The notes under the pieces: generated by a model | Seen by the model: only the letters and a program-made list of their open reading frames with translations | Databases searched by the model: none | What the model was told of the DNA's origin: nothing | Translations under genes and position numbers: made by a program | NCBI GenBank assembly: GCA_038211045.1 | Contig: JBBQWA010000001.1 | Location: forward strand, 1-51,831 | Length of the DNA stretch: 51,831 bases | From: Gemmatales bacterium | Lineage (GTDB): Bacteria; Planctomycetota; Planctomycetia; Gemmatales; Gemmataceae | Direction: 5' to 3' | In this document: one piece after another, positions 10,193 to 18,655 of the stretch | Layout of the letters: each line of letters begins with the position of its first letter | How positions within the stretch are numbered: the stretch's first letter is position 1

Positions 10193-11842
10193 TCACTCCG
10201 ATAGTGGAATCCGCATCACGAACTCCGTGCCCCGGCCCACGCCGCCGTTCACGATCACATCGCCGCCGTGTTCCCGCAGTGTCTTGCGGCTGACGGGCAA
10301 ACCCAATCCGGTGCCTTTGCCGCCTTTCGTACTCACGAACGGCTTGAAGATTTCTTCCCGCTTGCCCGGCGGGATGCCGGGGCCATTATCTTCCACGGCG
10401 ATCTCGGCGAACCCTTCGACGCGCCGCACGCTCACCGTCACGCGGGGAACTTCCTCATCTTCCACGGCGTCCACGGCGTTGCTCACGATGTTCAACAGTG
10501 CCCGGTGGATGCCATCGGCATCGCACGAAACCGGCCCGAGTTCGGGAAACGCCCGAAATTCCAGTACCACACCGGCCCCGGCGGCGCGGCCGCGAATCAC
10601 ATCCAACACCTCGTTCGCCAAGCCGTTCAAGTCGGTGCTCTCGAACGCCGGTTCGCGCTCCTTGGAGAAGCTGAGCATGTCGAGAATCAGATCGTCGATC
10701 TTCGCTTGGTTCTTTTCCACGAGCCGCCAGCCCTTGGTAAGCAACTCGGCATCGAGGGAAGGCAGGCCCATGCGAACCATGTCGGAACCGAAGCGCACAC
10801 CCTGCATAATGTTCTTGATGTGATGCGATAATGCCGCGATGGTTTGCCCGATGGCCGCGAGGCGCTCGGCTTGCAGCATGCCTTGGTAGTAGCGGTTTTC
10901 TTCGATTGCGAGCGCCGCTTGGTGAGCCACGGCCACGGCCAAGCGCAGGTGATCCTCGGTGAACTTCACCGGATCGCGGCCGCCGGTCGATTTCGCCGTG
11001 GGGGCTTGCGTATCGAGGAAGAGCACGCCGACGGTATCGTGTCGGCCGCGCATCGGTACGCAGATCACCTCGCGGATTTGATGCTTGGCGATGCTCACGC
11101 CGCCGCGGAAGCGTTCGTCCACCGCGGCATCCGAAACCAGAACGCCCTGCTTATGTTCCAACACATGTTCGACCACGGTTCGGCTGATGTTCAACTCCCC
11201 CTCGGCGTTCTTCCCCCGGCTGCGCATCGCTTTGGGGGTGAGTTCGCCCGTTTCCGGATCGAGCAGCACGGCGCAACCGTGATCCCCTTCGGTGCATTTC
11301 AACACGAGATCGACGATGCGAACGAGCAGCTCCTCGACATCCAGAATATCGCTCACCGCATTCGAGGCTTCGTACATCACGGCGAGATTGGCCAACCGCT
11401 GCCGCAGGTACTCCGTTCCGGCTTGTTCGGGGTTGGCGAGAAATCGGCTGCCCTCCTCGGCGGGAACGCTCCGCAAGATGGCCGTGGCGTAATTCGGATC
11501 GGATTGCAGTACAAAGCTCGCCGTATCAAGCGTGTTCGGCGGCAGGATGTTGGTATCGTCGGTGGCGAAGAGGAAGACGGTATCGCCGACTTGGATGCGA
11601 TCGCTGTTCTTGAGGATCGCGTTGGTAGCGATGCGATCGTTCAACAGCGTGCCGTTGCCGCTGCCGAGATCGGCGAGGGTGACGGAACCATCTTTGACGA
11701 CGAGTTCGCAGTGCTTGCGGGAAGCCCGCGCATCGTCAATGGAAATCGCATTCGTGGAATGCCTGCCGACAACGGTGGTACCCGGGGCGAGTTCGAATCG
11801 CTTGCCGATGCCCGGCCCGTGAAGGATCACCAATCGCGGCAT
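10193..11842 (-). CDS. Cytoplasmic FHA-GAF-histidine kinase (no adjacent response regulator)
   Basis: N-terminal FHA domain (VVGRHSTNAISIDDARASRKHCELVVKDGSVTLADLGSGNGTLLND). A GAF-like middle region follows. The H-box is LAAIGQTIAALSHHIKNIMQGV. The HATPase N/G boxes are NIVSNAVDAV and DNGPGIPPGKREEIFKPFVSTKGGKGTGLGL. Confidence 0.9.
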   Translation of the reverse strand: MPRLVILHGPGIGKRFELAPGTTVVGRHSTNAISIDDARASRKHCELVVKDGSVTLADLGSGNGTLLNDRIATNAILKNSDRIQVGDTVFLFATDDTNILPPNTLDTASFVLQSDPNYATAILRSVPAEEGSRFLANPEQAGTEYLRQRLANLAVMYEASNAVSDILDVEELLVRIVDLVLKCTEGDHGCAVLLDPETGELTPKAMRSRGKNAEGELNISRTVVEHVLEHKQGVLVSDAAVDERFRGGVSIAKHQIREVICVPMRGRHDTVGVLFLDTQAPTAKSTGGRDPVKFTEDHLRLAVAVAHQAALAIEENRYYQGMLQAERLAAIGQTIAALSHHIKNIMQGVRFGSDMVRMGLPSLDAELLTKGWRLVEKNQAKIDDLILDMLSFSKEREPAFESTDLNGLANEVLDVIRGRAAGAGVVLEFRAFPELGPVSCDADGIHRALLNIVSNAVDAVEDEEVPRVTVSVRRVEGFAEIAVEDNGPGIPPGKREEIFKPFVSTKGGKGTGLGLPVSRKTLREHGGDVIVNGGVGRGTEFVMRIPLSE

Positions 11843-11852
11843 GTGTTACCTA

Positions 11853-12488
11853 TCATGAAATCGCAATTCCCAGGTGTTGTCGGCGGCTCACCGAAAATCG
11901 ATTGTCGAGGTACTTCGCAATGGCAGCAACCAGAATTTGCTCGGCTTGCTCTTGGGAATACTGAAGTTCTTCGACCAACTCTTTTGCACGCCCGGTGATG
12001 GCATTGGAGATGAGTTCTTTGCACAATGCATAATCCTTGACCGATGCTCCGCTTTTTGCTGGCTTGTAGGTATGAACGGACTTCAGCATTTTCGCAATCA
12101 TCGCGTTGGTCGATAAATCCGAATCTCGGATGAAGTCGAGGAAAACCGCATTGAAATAGCCATCTCCGAACTCTCGAGTGGCTTTGCGAAGAGCGGTACG
12201 CAGTCCGAGCGAAAATCGCATCGTTTCTTGTTCAACGTTTGCCGCTCGAATCTTGAAACGGATCAAACCGTTGTTCAAGTCGTCGTCCCATGAGACCGTT
12301 TCCTGAAGGGTGGCCAACCCTTTTTGCTCGAAGGACAACCGCATCTCCGGAAGTGTGGTTCCGAATGTGGTTTCCGGATTGTAAATCTCGAGAACCGCAG
12401 TACTTCCCCGATCCAATTGTTGCTTCCACGGTCGCAAACGCGGATCCGTCAGATCTTGCTTTGAACCGAAAAATGCTTGAATGGACAT
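11853..12488 (-). CDS. Hypothetical protein, no domain recognised
   Basis: 211 aa from MSIQAFFGSK; an alternative ATG at 12536 would overlap the upstream gene by 26 nt. The sequence is non-repetitive and protein-like, with no TM segment. It is visibly more A/T-rich than its flanks. It lies 22 nt after the nucleosidase gene and 10 nt before the FHA-kinase gene. Confidence 0.6.
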   Translation of the reverse strand: MSIQAFFGSKQDLTDPRLRPWKQQLDRGSTAVLEIYNPETTFGTTLPEMRLSFEQKGLATLQETVSWDDDLNNGLIRFKIRAANVEQETMRFSLGLRTALRKATREFGDGYFNAVFLDFIRDSDLSTNAMIAKMLKSVHTYKPAKSGASVKDYALCKELISNAITGRAKELVEELQYSQEQAEQILVAAIAKYLDNRFSVSRRQHLGIAIS

Positions 12489-12510
12489 GCGGGTTCCTTT
12501 CGCAGATCTG

Positions 12511-13380
12511 TTATTCCGATTGCTCGTCCCAAGCATCCATCAATAGGGATCGCAAGACGAAGTCGGCCGCATTTCTGCAGGCAAGCAACCTGTACGCATC
12601 GGAATCGCCGCTCCGATTACCGTCCGCGAAATCCGAAATCCCTTTTACTATACACCAAACCGGTTCGCCGTGTGCGCTCGATGCGGCCAGCAACCCGACT
12701 CCTTCCATTTCCCCTCCAACGATTTCCTCGGAACCGCGTGGCACATGGCGAACCAACTCATCGCGAAACCGCATGCTGCCAATCAGGGCCGCTCCGGAAA
12801 GCACGGCGCCGAAATGCAACCCATAATCACCGCGGCACTTCAGCCCTATGCGCTTGAACAATCCGACGAGGCTTTCGCTGGCTTCTTCGTGAATCGCCCT
12901 GGAATAGTCGGTAAAATAACTTTCCCCGAACAATCGTCTCGAAACGAGGGATCGTTTAATCGCTTTCACTTCGCGTGTGTCGTAATGCACGATTGCCGTC
13001 GAAACCAAGACATCGCCCGGCGATTGCATTTCAGGGTCGATTCCGAAAGCCATCCCCAACTGCACGATCCCTTGTGCCCCCGTCGCCACCCTCAATCGCA
13101 TCCCGCGCGCCGCTGTTCCCAAGTAGCCCGACGCACCCATTACGATGCGACCTTGGATTCTCGGGGGGCTGAATGCGATCACGATTTCGTTTCCAACTCT
13201 GCCGAACCAAAGATATTCCTCACCGAATGGCGATACTTTCCGCTTGATCGTTTCGTACTTGATTCCGAGTGAGTCTGCAGCCGACTTCAAGCCTTGTTCT
13301 TCGGTGGGAGTTGCCAAGAACAGAATCAAGGAACAATCATTCTTGTTTTCGATCTTTGTGGACGAAGTATCTTGATCCAT
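12511..13380 (-). CDS. PNP_UDP_1-fold (MTAN/purine nucleoside phosphorylase-like) nucleosidase
   Basis: Only the last 289 codons of ORF-track entry 12511..14217 are credible, starting at the ATG at 13380 (MDQDTSSTKIENK). Family hallmarks are present: EIVGGEMEGVGL (the EME motif) and WCIVKGISDFADG (the (R/K)xISD catalytic-Asp motif). There is also an N-terminal beta-strand, SLILFLATPTEEQG. Confidence 0.8.
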   Translation of the reverse strand: MDQDTSSTKIENKNDCSLILFLATPTEEQGLKSAADSLGIKYETIKRKVSPFGEEYLWFGRVGNEIVIAFSPPRIQGRIVMGASGYLGTAARGMRLRVATGAQGIVQLGMAFGIDPEMQSPGDVLVSTAIVHYDTREVKAIKRSLVSRRLFGESYFTDYSRAIHEEASESLVGLFKRIGLKCRGDYGLHFGAVLSGAALIGSMRFRDELVRHVPRGSEEIVGGEMEGVGLLAASSAHGEPVWCIVKGISDFADGNRSGDSDAYRLLACRNAADFVLRSLLMDAWDEQSE

Positions 13381-13421
13381 CGATATTCCACCAAGTGGAT
13401 GCGCGTATGGAGACTTAGGGG

Positions 13422-14351
13422 CTACCTCTTCTTCTCCGGAAGGAACTGGTGCAATTCTAGCCCGTTGGGGCCGAGGTAATCGTCCAAGAGTTCGATTCGC
13501 CCGCGCACGGCGACGAGTGCCAGCAGTTTGCCGATCTCTTCGCGCCACACCGTGGCCAGCCAATCGGGGTTCCCGGCGCGTTGCCGTTGATACTGTTCGA
13601 GGCGGGCGAGGAAGGCCGCGGCTTCCGCGGTGGCCAGCGAAACCCGTTCGTTCCGATACGATTCGGCCTCGGCCGAGCGGCGGAACTTCGCGGTGTTCGC
13701 CTCGTTCGCTTGGCGCTCGGCTTCCTGCGATGCTTGGTTCGTTCGCGTTCGGATGGCGGTTTGAGCCTGATTCACCGCCTCGAAGGAATCGCGCACCTCC
13801 TCCGGGGCGGCCAAGGATTCCACGGCGATTCGTTCGACGGTGATGCCGAGATTCTGGCCGGCGATTCGCTCGGGTAATCGGTCGAAGATCCATTGCGTGA
13901 GCGCCGTGCGGCCGCCGAGGGCGCGATCGACCGTGTGCGAACCGAGCCATTCCGCGGCGAGGGCTTCCGTCTCGCGTCGCAGCGCCGGTTCCACTTGATC
14001 CTTGTGAACGACGTAGTTTTCCAGTGCGGCCTCTTCGATGGCGTATTCCACGATCAATCGCGTGTTCAACAGATTTTGATCGCCGGTGAGGAACTGCCCG
14101 GAAGGCGTGAACAGCGCCTCGAAGGATTCCTCTGGGAGTACGCCGACGGCGAGTTGCTTGACGATCCGCACCCGTACGCGGTCGATGCGGTCGATGCCCC
14201 AAGGCAAGCCGATCCATAGCCCCGGCCCCGGCTTGGCCACCACGCGGCCGAACCGCCGAACCACGGCTCGTTCCTCCGGCCCCACTTGGGCGATGCCCGT
14301 GAGCAGGTAGGCGGTGACCGCGATGAACAGCAGGTAGCGGAAGCGGATCAT
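13422..14351 (-). CDS. SPFH/band-7 membrane protein, HflK-like
   Basis: Start MIRFRYLLFIAVTAYLLTGIAQV (TM helix), followed by VGPEERAVVRRFGRVVAKPGPGLWIGLPWGIDRI and a long coiled-coil tail. The ATG overlaps the upstream stop (ATGA at 14348-14351). Confidence 0.85.
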   Translation of the reverse strand: MIRFRYLLFIAVTAYLLTGIAQVGPEERAVVRRFGRVVAKPGPGLWIGLPWGIDRIDRVRVRIVKQLAVGVLPEESFEALFTPSGQFLTGDQNLLNTRLIVEYAIEEAALENYVVHKDQVEPALRRETEALAAEWLGSHTVDRALGGRTALTQWIFDRLPERIAGQNLGITVERIAVESLAAPEEVRDSFEAVNQAQTAIRTRTNQASQEAERQANEANTAKFRRSAEAESYRNERVSLATAEAAAFLARLEQYQRQRAGNPDWLATVWREEIGKLLALVAVRGRIELLDDYLGPNGLELHQFLPEKKR

Positions 14352-15283
14352 TTCCCCGCCTTCGGAGGCTCTCGCAAAAGTTTGAACAAGTCGTGGTTCA
14401 GCGAGAGGAGCAGGATATCCCGGCTCTCGCTGAGCGCGGTTTGCATCGCCTTGAGCTTCTGGAGGAAGGCGTAGAATTCCGGGTCTTTCGCGTGGGCTTC
14501 GTTGCGGAGTTGATCGGCCGTCACGTCCGCTTTGCTTTCGATCAATTGTTTCTCGGCCTTCGCATCCACTTCGACCCGGCGGCGATCCTGTTCTGCCTTC
14601 GTGATGATCTCGGCGGCCTGCTTGCGGCCATCGTTCTCGTACTCCGCCACCTTGCGGCCCCGTTCGGAACGAATGCGCTCGTAGATACTGTTCCGCACCG
14701 CCTCGGGGTAACTTAATCGGCGGATGCGCAGCGTGACGATTTCCACCCCGTACTCGGCGAGCACTTTCGCTTTCAAATCGTCGCCGAGCAATTGTTGTTG
14801 GAGCTTCTCCGCGCGGGCATCCGCTTCCGCGATCGGCTTCACCGAAATGAGTTCCTCCAGCGTGAGGCCGCTGACCACCGCCGCGATGCGACCACCGATG
14901 CGCGGCGCGAGGATCCGTTTCACCTGATCCGGCGTACCCGCGGCTTTGATGAACCGATCGGCGGCGGCCGCGTTCGGGATGCGCCACGTGATGAACGCAT
15001 CCACGGTGAGCGTCTTATCGACGGTGCCGGTGGCGGGATCTTTGGTGAGGCTTTCGGTCGCGGGCAGGTCGAACGATTGCAAACGCCGGTCGATGCGCAG
15101 CACGTTATCGATGGGCCACGGCAGCTTGAAGTGCAACCCGGCTTCGGTGGCACCATCGTACTTGGCCACCGGTTCACCGAACCGCGTGACGAAGGCGAAC
15201 TCGGCGTAATCGACGCTGTAGCAGGCCGTGCGCGCCCACAGCAACCCGAGAATGGCAATCGGAACGTATGCGAATCGGTTCAA
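14348..15283 (-). CDS. SPFH/band-7 membrane protein, HflC-like
   Basis: The TM helix FAYVPIAILGLLWARTA is followed by SVDYAEFAFVTRFGEPVAKYDG...GLHFKLPWPIDNV. The only start that retains the TM helix is the TTG at 15283, which overlaps the upstream TGA (TTGA) and has GGAGA 7 nt upstream. Confidence 0.8.
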   Translation of the reverse strand: MNRFAYVPIAILGLLWARTACYSVDYAEFAFVTRFGEPVAKYDGATEAGLHFKLPWPIDNVLRIDRRLQSFDLPATESLTKDPATGTVDKTLTVDAFITWRIPNAAAADRFIKAAGTPDQVKRILAPRIGGRIAAVVSGLTLEELISVKPIAEADARAEKLQQQLLGDDLKAKVLAEYGVEIVTLRIRRLSYPEAVRNSIYERIRSERGRKVAEYENDGRKQAAEIITKAEQDRRRVEVDAKAEKQLIESKADVTADQLRNEAHAKDPEFYAFLQKLKAMQTALSESRDILLLSLNHDLFKLLREPPKAGK

Positions 15284-18200
15284 CGTGATTCTCCAGTTGG
15301 CACCGCGAGCGGTGGCACTCTCGGCATCAATTCCGGATCGAGCAAATACAGCTTGCGCGTGCCGGGGAGCTTGTCCGCATCGATCAAAATCTTGTCCCGG
15401 GATTTCAGCACGGCCGTGATGGCTTCCAAGCCCAAGCGGAACTCGGTCAACCGTCGGCGTTCGGCCAACATCGCGGTGCGTCGGGCGTCCGCTTCCGCCG
15501 ACGGGAGTTTCTTCAACCCGGCCTCCTCGGCGTCGCTCAATGTAGTGCGGGCCGCTTGCCAATGCAGGATACCATCGCGGGCCGCCGTGGCTTCCCGCAC
15601 CTTCTGATGGGCGTCCGCCTCGGCGGTGCGGATCGTGCGTAGGGCCACTTCCTGCGAACGGGTGCGGATGCGACTCGCCTCGGCCAGCGACTCGTTCACC
15701 AGTTTATCCCGTTTCTGAATCGCCTCCGCCACGGCATGGTACTCGGCCACCACCGATTGCGGCGGATGGAGATCGTGAATCGTGAGGCCTTCCAAACGAA
15801 TCCCCAAACCATCGGGGGCGGCTTCGCTCAACCGTTCGCCGAGCTTGGCCTCAGCCGCCCGCTCGAACTCGGCGCGGCCCGCCGCCAACAGCGTTTGGAA
15901 TGGCCGTGCGGCCACGAGTTCGCGCAACACCGATTCCGCGGCACTGCGGATTGTCGCATCCGTATCTTTGTTTCCCAAAAGAAACCGCCGCGGATCGCGC
16001 ACTGTGAATCGCACGGTGGCCAGAACTTCGAGCAAGTCGCCATCGCCGGTGAGCATCAAGCTCTCATCGGTGAGCCGGGTGCTCCCTTCGGAATGGGCGC
16101 TGCCCCACGTCGCGCCCGCTTCGCCCGATTTTTGGCCGGGCAGTTTCAACTTCTCTTGTTCGATTTTCGCAACGCGGAGTTCGTTCCACTTCTCTTCGGG
16201 AAGCACGCGGAAGCCGAGTTCGACCGTGCGAATCTCGGCGGGTTTCACACGGAGGATGCTTTCCACGGGCCACGGCCAGCGGTAGTGCAACCCCGGTGCG
16301 AGTTCGTTGCGAACGTCGCCGAAGCGTTGTACGATTCCCACTTCGGCCACTTCGATTTGTGCGAAGCCCGAAGCCAACCAAAGGAGTACCCCCGCCAACG
16401 CTCCCGCTCCGAGCACGCGTTGCCAATGGTGGCCCGCCGTGTGAAGCCAATCGTCGAGGTGGACGGTGTTCATCCAACGATCGAAATCGCGGTAGCGCCG
16501 TTTCAAGCCATCGGTGTGCGGAGAGCTGCGCTCGAAGCCCAGCAAACGCATCGAATTCAACAGCACCGCGAGGGAACCGATCTGGTGGTAGATCGCACCG
16601 GCGAGCGGGGCTTTCTCGAACCAACCCGGGCTACCGGCAAAAAGCGGCCAGAGGAATCCGGTGAGTAGCACGCCGATCAGATTGACGCCGAAGCCGAACC
16701 AAACGATGTTCTGGCGGATCACCTTGGTGGTTTCCCGGCTCAATCGCACCAACAGCGGCAGCGGTCGCAGCGGTTCGCCCATCATTACGATGTCGCCCGC
16801 TTCGGCGGCGATATCGGTTCCCGTGCCGATGGCGATTCCCACTCGCGCCGAGGCGAGTGCCGGAGCATCGTTCGCACCGTCGCCCACGAATGCGGCGTTG
16901 AGGTCGTTCAGCTTCGCGGCTTTCTCGGCGGGGAGCAACCCAGCGTGCAACTCCATTTCCGGGAGGTTCGCCGCAATGGCATTCACCACGCTCGCACGAT
17001 CGCCACTGAGCAACAAGATCGGGGTGATGCCCAACGATCGCAATTCCGAAAGGACTCCCGCCGCCTCGGGGCGGACGCGATCCCGCGTACCGATGGCTCC
17101 GACGATGGTTCGATTCTTCGCTACGAGGAGTGCCGTTTGCCCGAGCGCATCGAACTCGGCGATCCAGCCATCGACATCCGTGGAGATGGGAATGCCGCGT
17201 TCGATCATCAGCGTGCGGTTGCCGATGAGCACGGGCGAACCTTCGATGGTCGCCGCGAGGCCGCGGCCGGGGAATGCCTGAAATTCTGTGGCTTCCGGCA
17301 AGTTCACACCGCGTTGCTTCGCTCCGTGCAGAATCGCCGAGGCGAGGGGGTGTTCGCTTTTGGCTTCCGCCGCAGCCGCGATGCGCAGCAGTTCCTCCGC
17401 AGATGTTCCCGCAGCGGTTCGCATCTCGCCGAGTTCGATTTTCCCTTCGGTGAGGGTGCCGGTTTTATCGAAGGCGAATGCGGATACCTGAGACAATCGT
17501 TCGAGCGATGCACCGCTTTTGATGAGGATGCCGGTACCCGCCAATCGCCCCAACGCGGCGATCACCGCTGCGGGCGTGGCCAACACCAACGGGCAAGGGC
17601 AAGCGACGACCAGCACCGCCAACGTGGGGTACATCGCCACGCGGGCCATCGCGGCGAAGCCCAACTTCTTCGCATCCGGGGTGGCTCCCCATTGTTGAAA
17701 GCCGATGTTCATTAAAAAGGTGAAGAGAGCGAGCAGCAGCACCAATGGTAGGAAATACCGTGCAAGGCGATCCGCTTGCCGTTCGCCAACGGACTTCTCT
17801 CGGATCGCTTTCGCCGTGAGTTCGATCATCTGCCCGGCCACGGTACTCCGCTGGACTTGCCGGGCTTCCACCGTCAGCGAACCGTGCGGGATGAGGCTGC
17901 CCGCGAGCACGGCATCGCCGGGGGATTTCTCCACGGGTTGGCTTTCGCCCGTGAGCGAACTTGTATCCACGGCGGCCGTGCCTTCGATCACGATGCCATC
18001 GATGGGAATCTTTCCGCCGGGCTTGATGCGTACGAGGTCGCCGATCCGCACATCTTCGGTTAGGGTTCGAATTTCTTGCCCGTCGCGGAGTACCCAACAG
18101 CGCTGGGGGAAGAGCGTGTTCAGATTGACGAGCGAGCGTTGCGTGCGGTCGAAGGTGAAGGCTTCCAAGCATTCGCCCACAAGGCCGATCACCACCACTT

Positions 18201-18534
18201 CGGCCGCCACGAGTGGCTCGCCGAGGAGAATCGCGGCGATGCAAGCGACGGCGATGGCCAAATCGGCCCCGAGTTTTCCTTCGGACAGGTGTTCGAGCGA
18301 TCCGTAGAGGGCGCGGGCACCGCCGAGCACGGCGGCGAGGAGCGCGTAGCGCATGCCGAGGAGATCGCGCTTCTCCCAAGTCGGAGTCGGGGCGCCCTGA
18401 TCAGTGAGCCAACGTGCGAACAACGGCCAAAGGTCGGCGACGAGCAGGAACAGCAGTAGCCCGGTGAAAGAATAGAGGCCGAGGTTCGACCGCGTGCGGA
18501 AAGGGCTTTCTTGTGGCTCGAATGAACGGTGCAT
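15280..18534 (-). CDS. P1B-type (CPC) heavy-metal P-type ATPase fused in frame to a C-terminal SPFH/HflK-like domain
   Basis: 1084 aa from MHRSFEPQ. ATPase motifs: SLTGESQP, ACPCPLVLATP, FDKTGTLT, SEHPLASAI and VGDGANDAPALA. There is no HMA domain. From about 16422 downward comes an extra TM helix (VLGAGALAGVLLWLASGF), then IEVAEVGIVQRFGDVRNELAPGLHYRWPWPVESI (SPFH) and a coiled-coil tail. There is no stop codon between the two modules. Confidence 0.85.
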   Translation of the reverse strand: MHRSFEPQESPFRTRSNLGLYSFTGLLLFLLVADLWPLFARWLTDQGAPTPTWEKRDLLGMRYALLAAVLGGARALYGSLEHLSEGKLGADLAIAVACIAAILLGEPLVAAEVVVIGLVGECLEAFTFDRTQRSLVNLNTLFPQRCWVLRDGQEIRTLTEDVRIGDLVRIKPGGKIPIDGIVIEGTAAVDTSSLTGESQPVEKSPGDAVLAGSLIPHGSLTVEARQVQRSTVAGQMIELTAKAIREKSVGERQADRLARYFLPLVLLLALFTFLMNIGFQQWGATPDAKKLGFAAMARVAMYPTLAVLVVACPCPLVLATPAAVIAALGRLAGTGILIKSGASLERLSQVSAFAFDKTGTLTEGKIELGEMRTAAGTSAEELLRIAAAAEAKSEHPLASAILHGAKQRGVNLPEATEFQAFPGRGLAATIEGSPVLIGNRTLMIERGIPISTDVDGWIAEFDALGQTALLVAKNRTIVGAIGTRDRVRPEAAGVLSELRSLGITPILLLSGDRASVVNAIAANLPEMELHAGLLPAEKAAKLNDLNAAFVGDGANDAPALASARVGIAIGTGTDIAAEAGDIVMMGEPLRPLPLLVRLSRETTKVIRQNIVWFGFGVNLIGVLLTGFLWPLFAGSPGWFEKAPLAGAIYHQIGSLAVLLNSMRLLGFERSSPHTDGLKRRYRDFDRWMNTVHLDDWLHTAGHHWQRVLGAGALAGVLLWLASGFAQIEVAEVGIVQRFGDVRNELAPGLHYRWPWPVESILRVKPAEIRTVELGFRVLPEEKWNELRVAKIEQEKLKLPGQKSGEAGATWGSAHSEGSTRLTDESLMLTGDGDLLEVLATVRFTVRDPRRFLLGNKDTDATIRSAAESVLRELVAARPFQTLLAAGRAEFERAAEAKLGERLSEAAPDGLGIRLEGLTIHDLHPPQSVVAEYHAVAEAIQKRDKLVNESLAEASRIRTRSQEVALRTIRTAEADAHQKVREATAARDGILHWQAARTTLSDAEEAGLKKLPSAEADARRTAMLAERRRLTEFRLGLEAITAVLKSRDKILIDADKLPGTRKLYLLDPELMPRVPPLAVPTGESR

Positions 18535-18655
18535 GGGAGATTCCGGCACCGGGGGAAAAGAACCGAGGGGTGCCGTCAGGCTATCGGTTGAAGGGTGGGC
18601 GTCAAGCGAACGGGCGGGCGTGATATAATTGCGGTGCACCCACGGGGAACTGCCG

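Noticed and set aside
10193-13380. Detocs-like system (kinase + PNP effector)
   Set aside because: Neither islet protein has a receiver domain, and no buffer receiver gene is present. The kinase carries FHA/GAF rather than a Detocs-type sensor. I keep this only as a loose analogy.
12511-14217. ORF-track N-terminal extensions: 568 aa for the nucleosidase, 521 aa (13422..14987) and 404 aa (14348..15562) for the SPFH genes, and 1129 aa (to 18669) for the ATPase
   Set aside because: The extended parts are R/P/G-rich and overlap the upstream same-strand gene out of frame. Internal starts at 13380, 14351, 15283 and 18534 give canonical N-termini (TM helices) and stop/start coupling.
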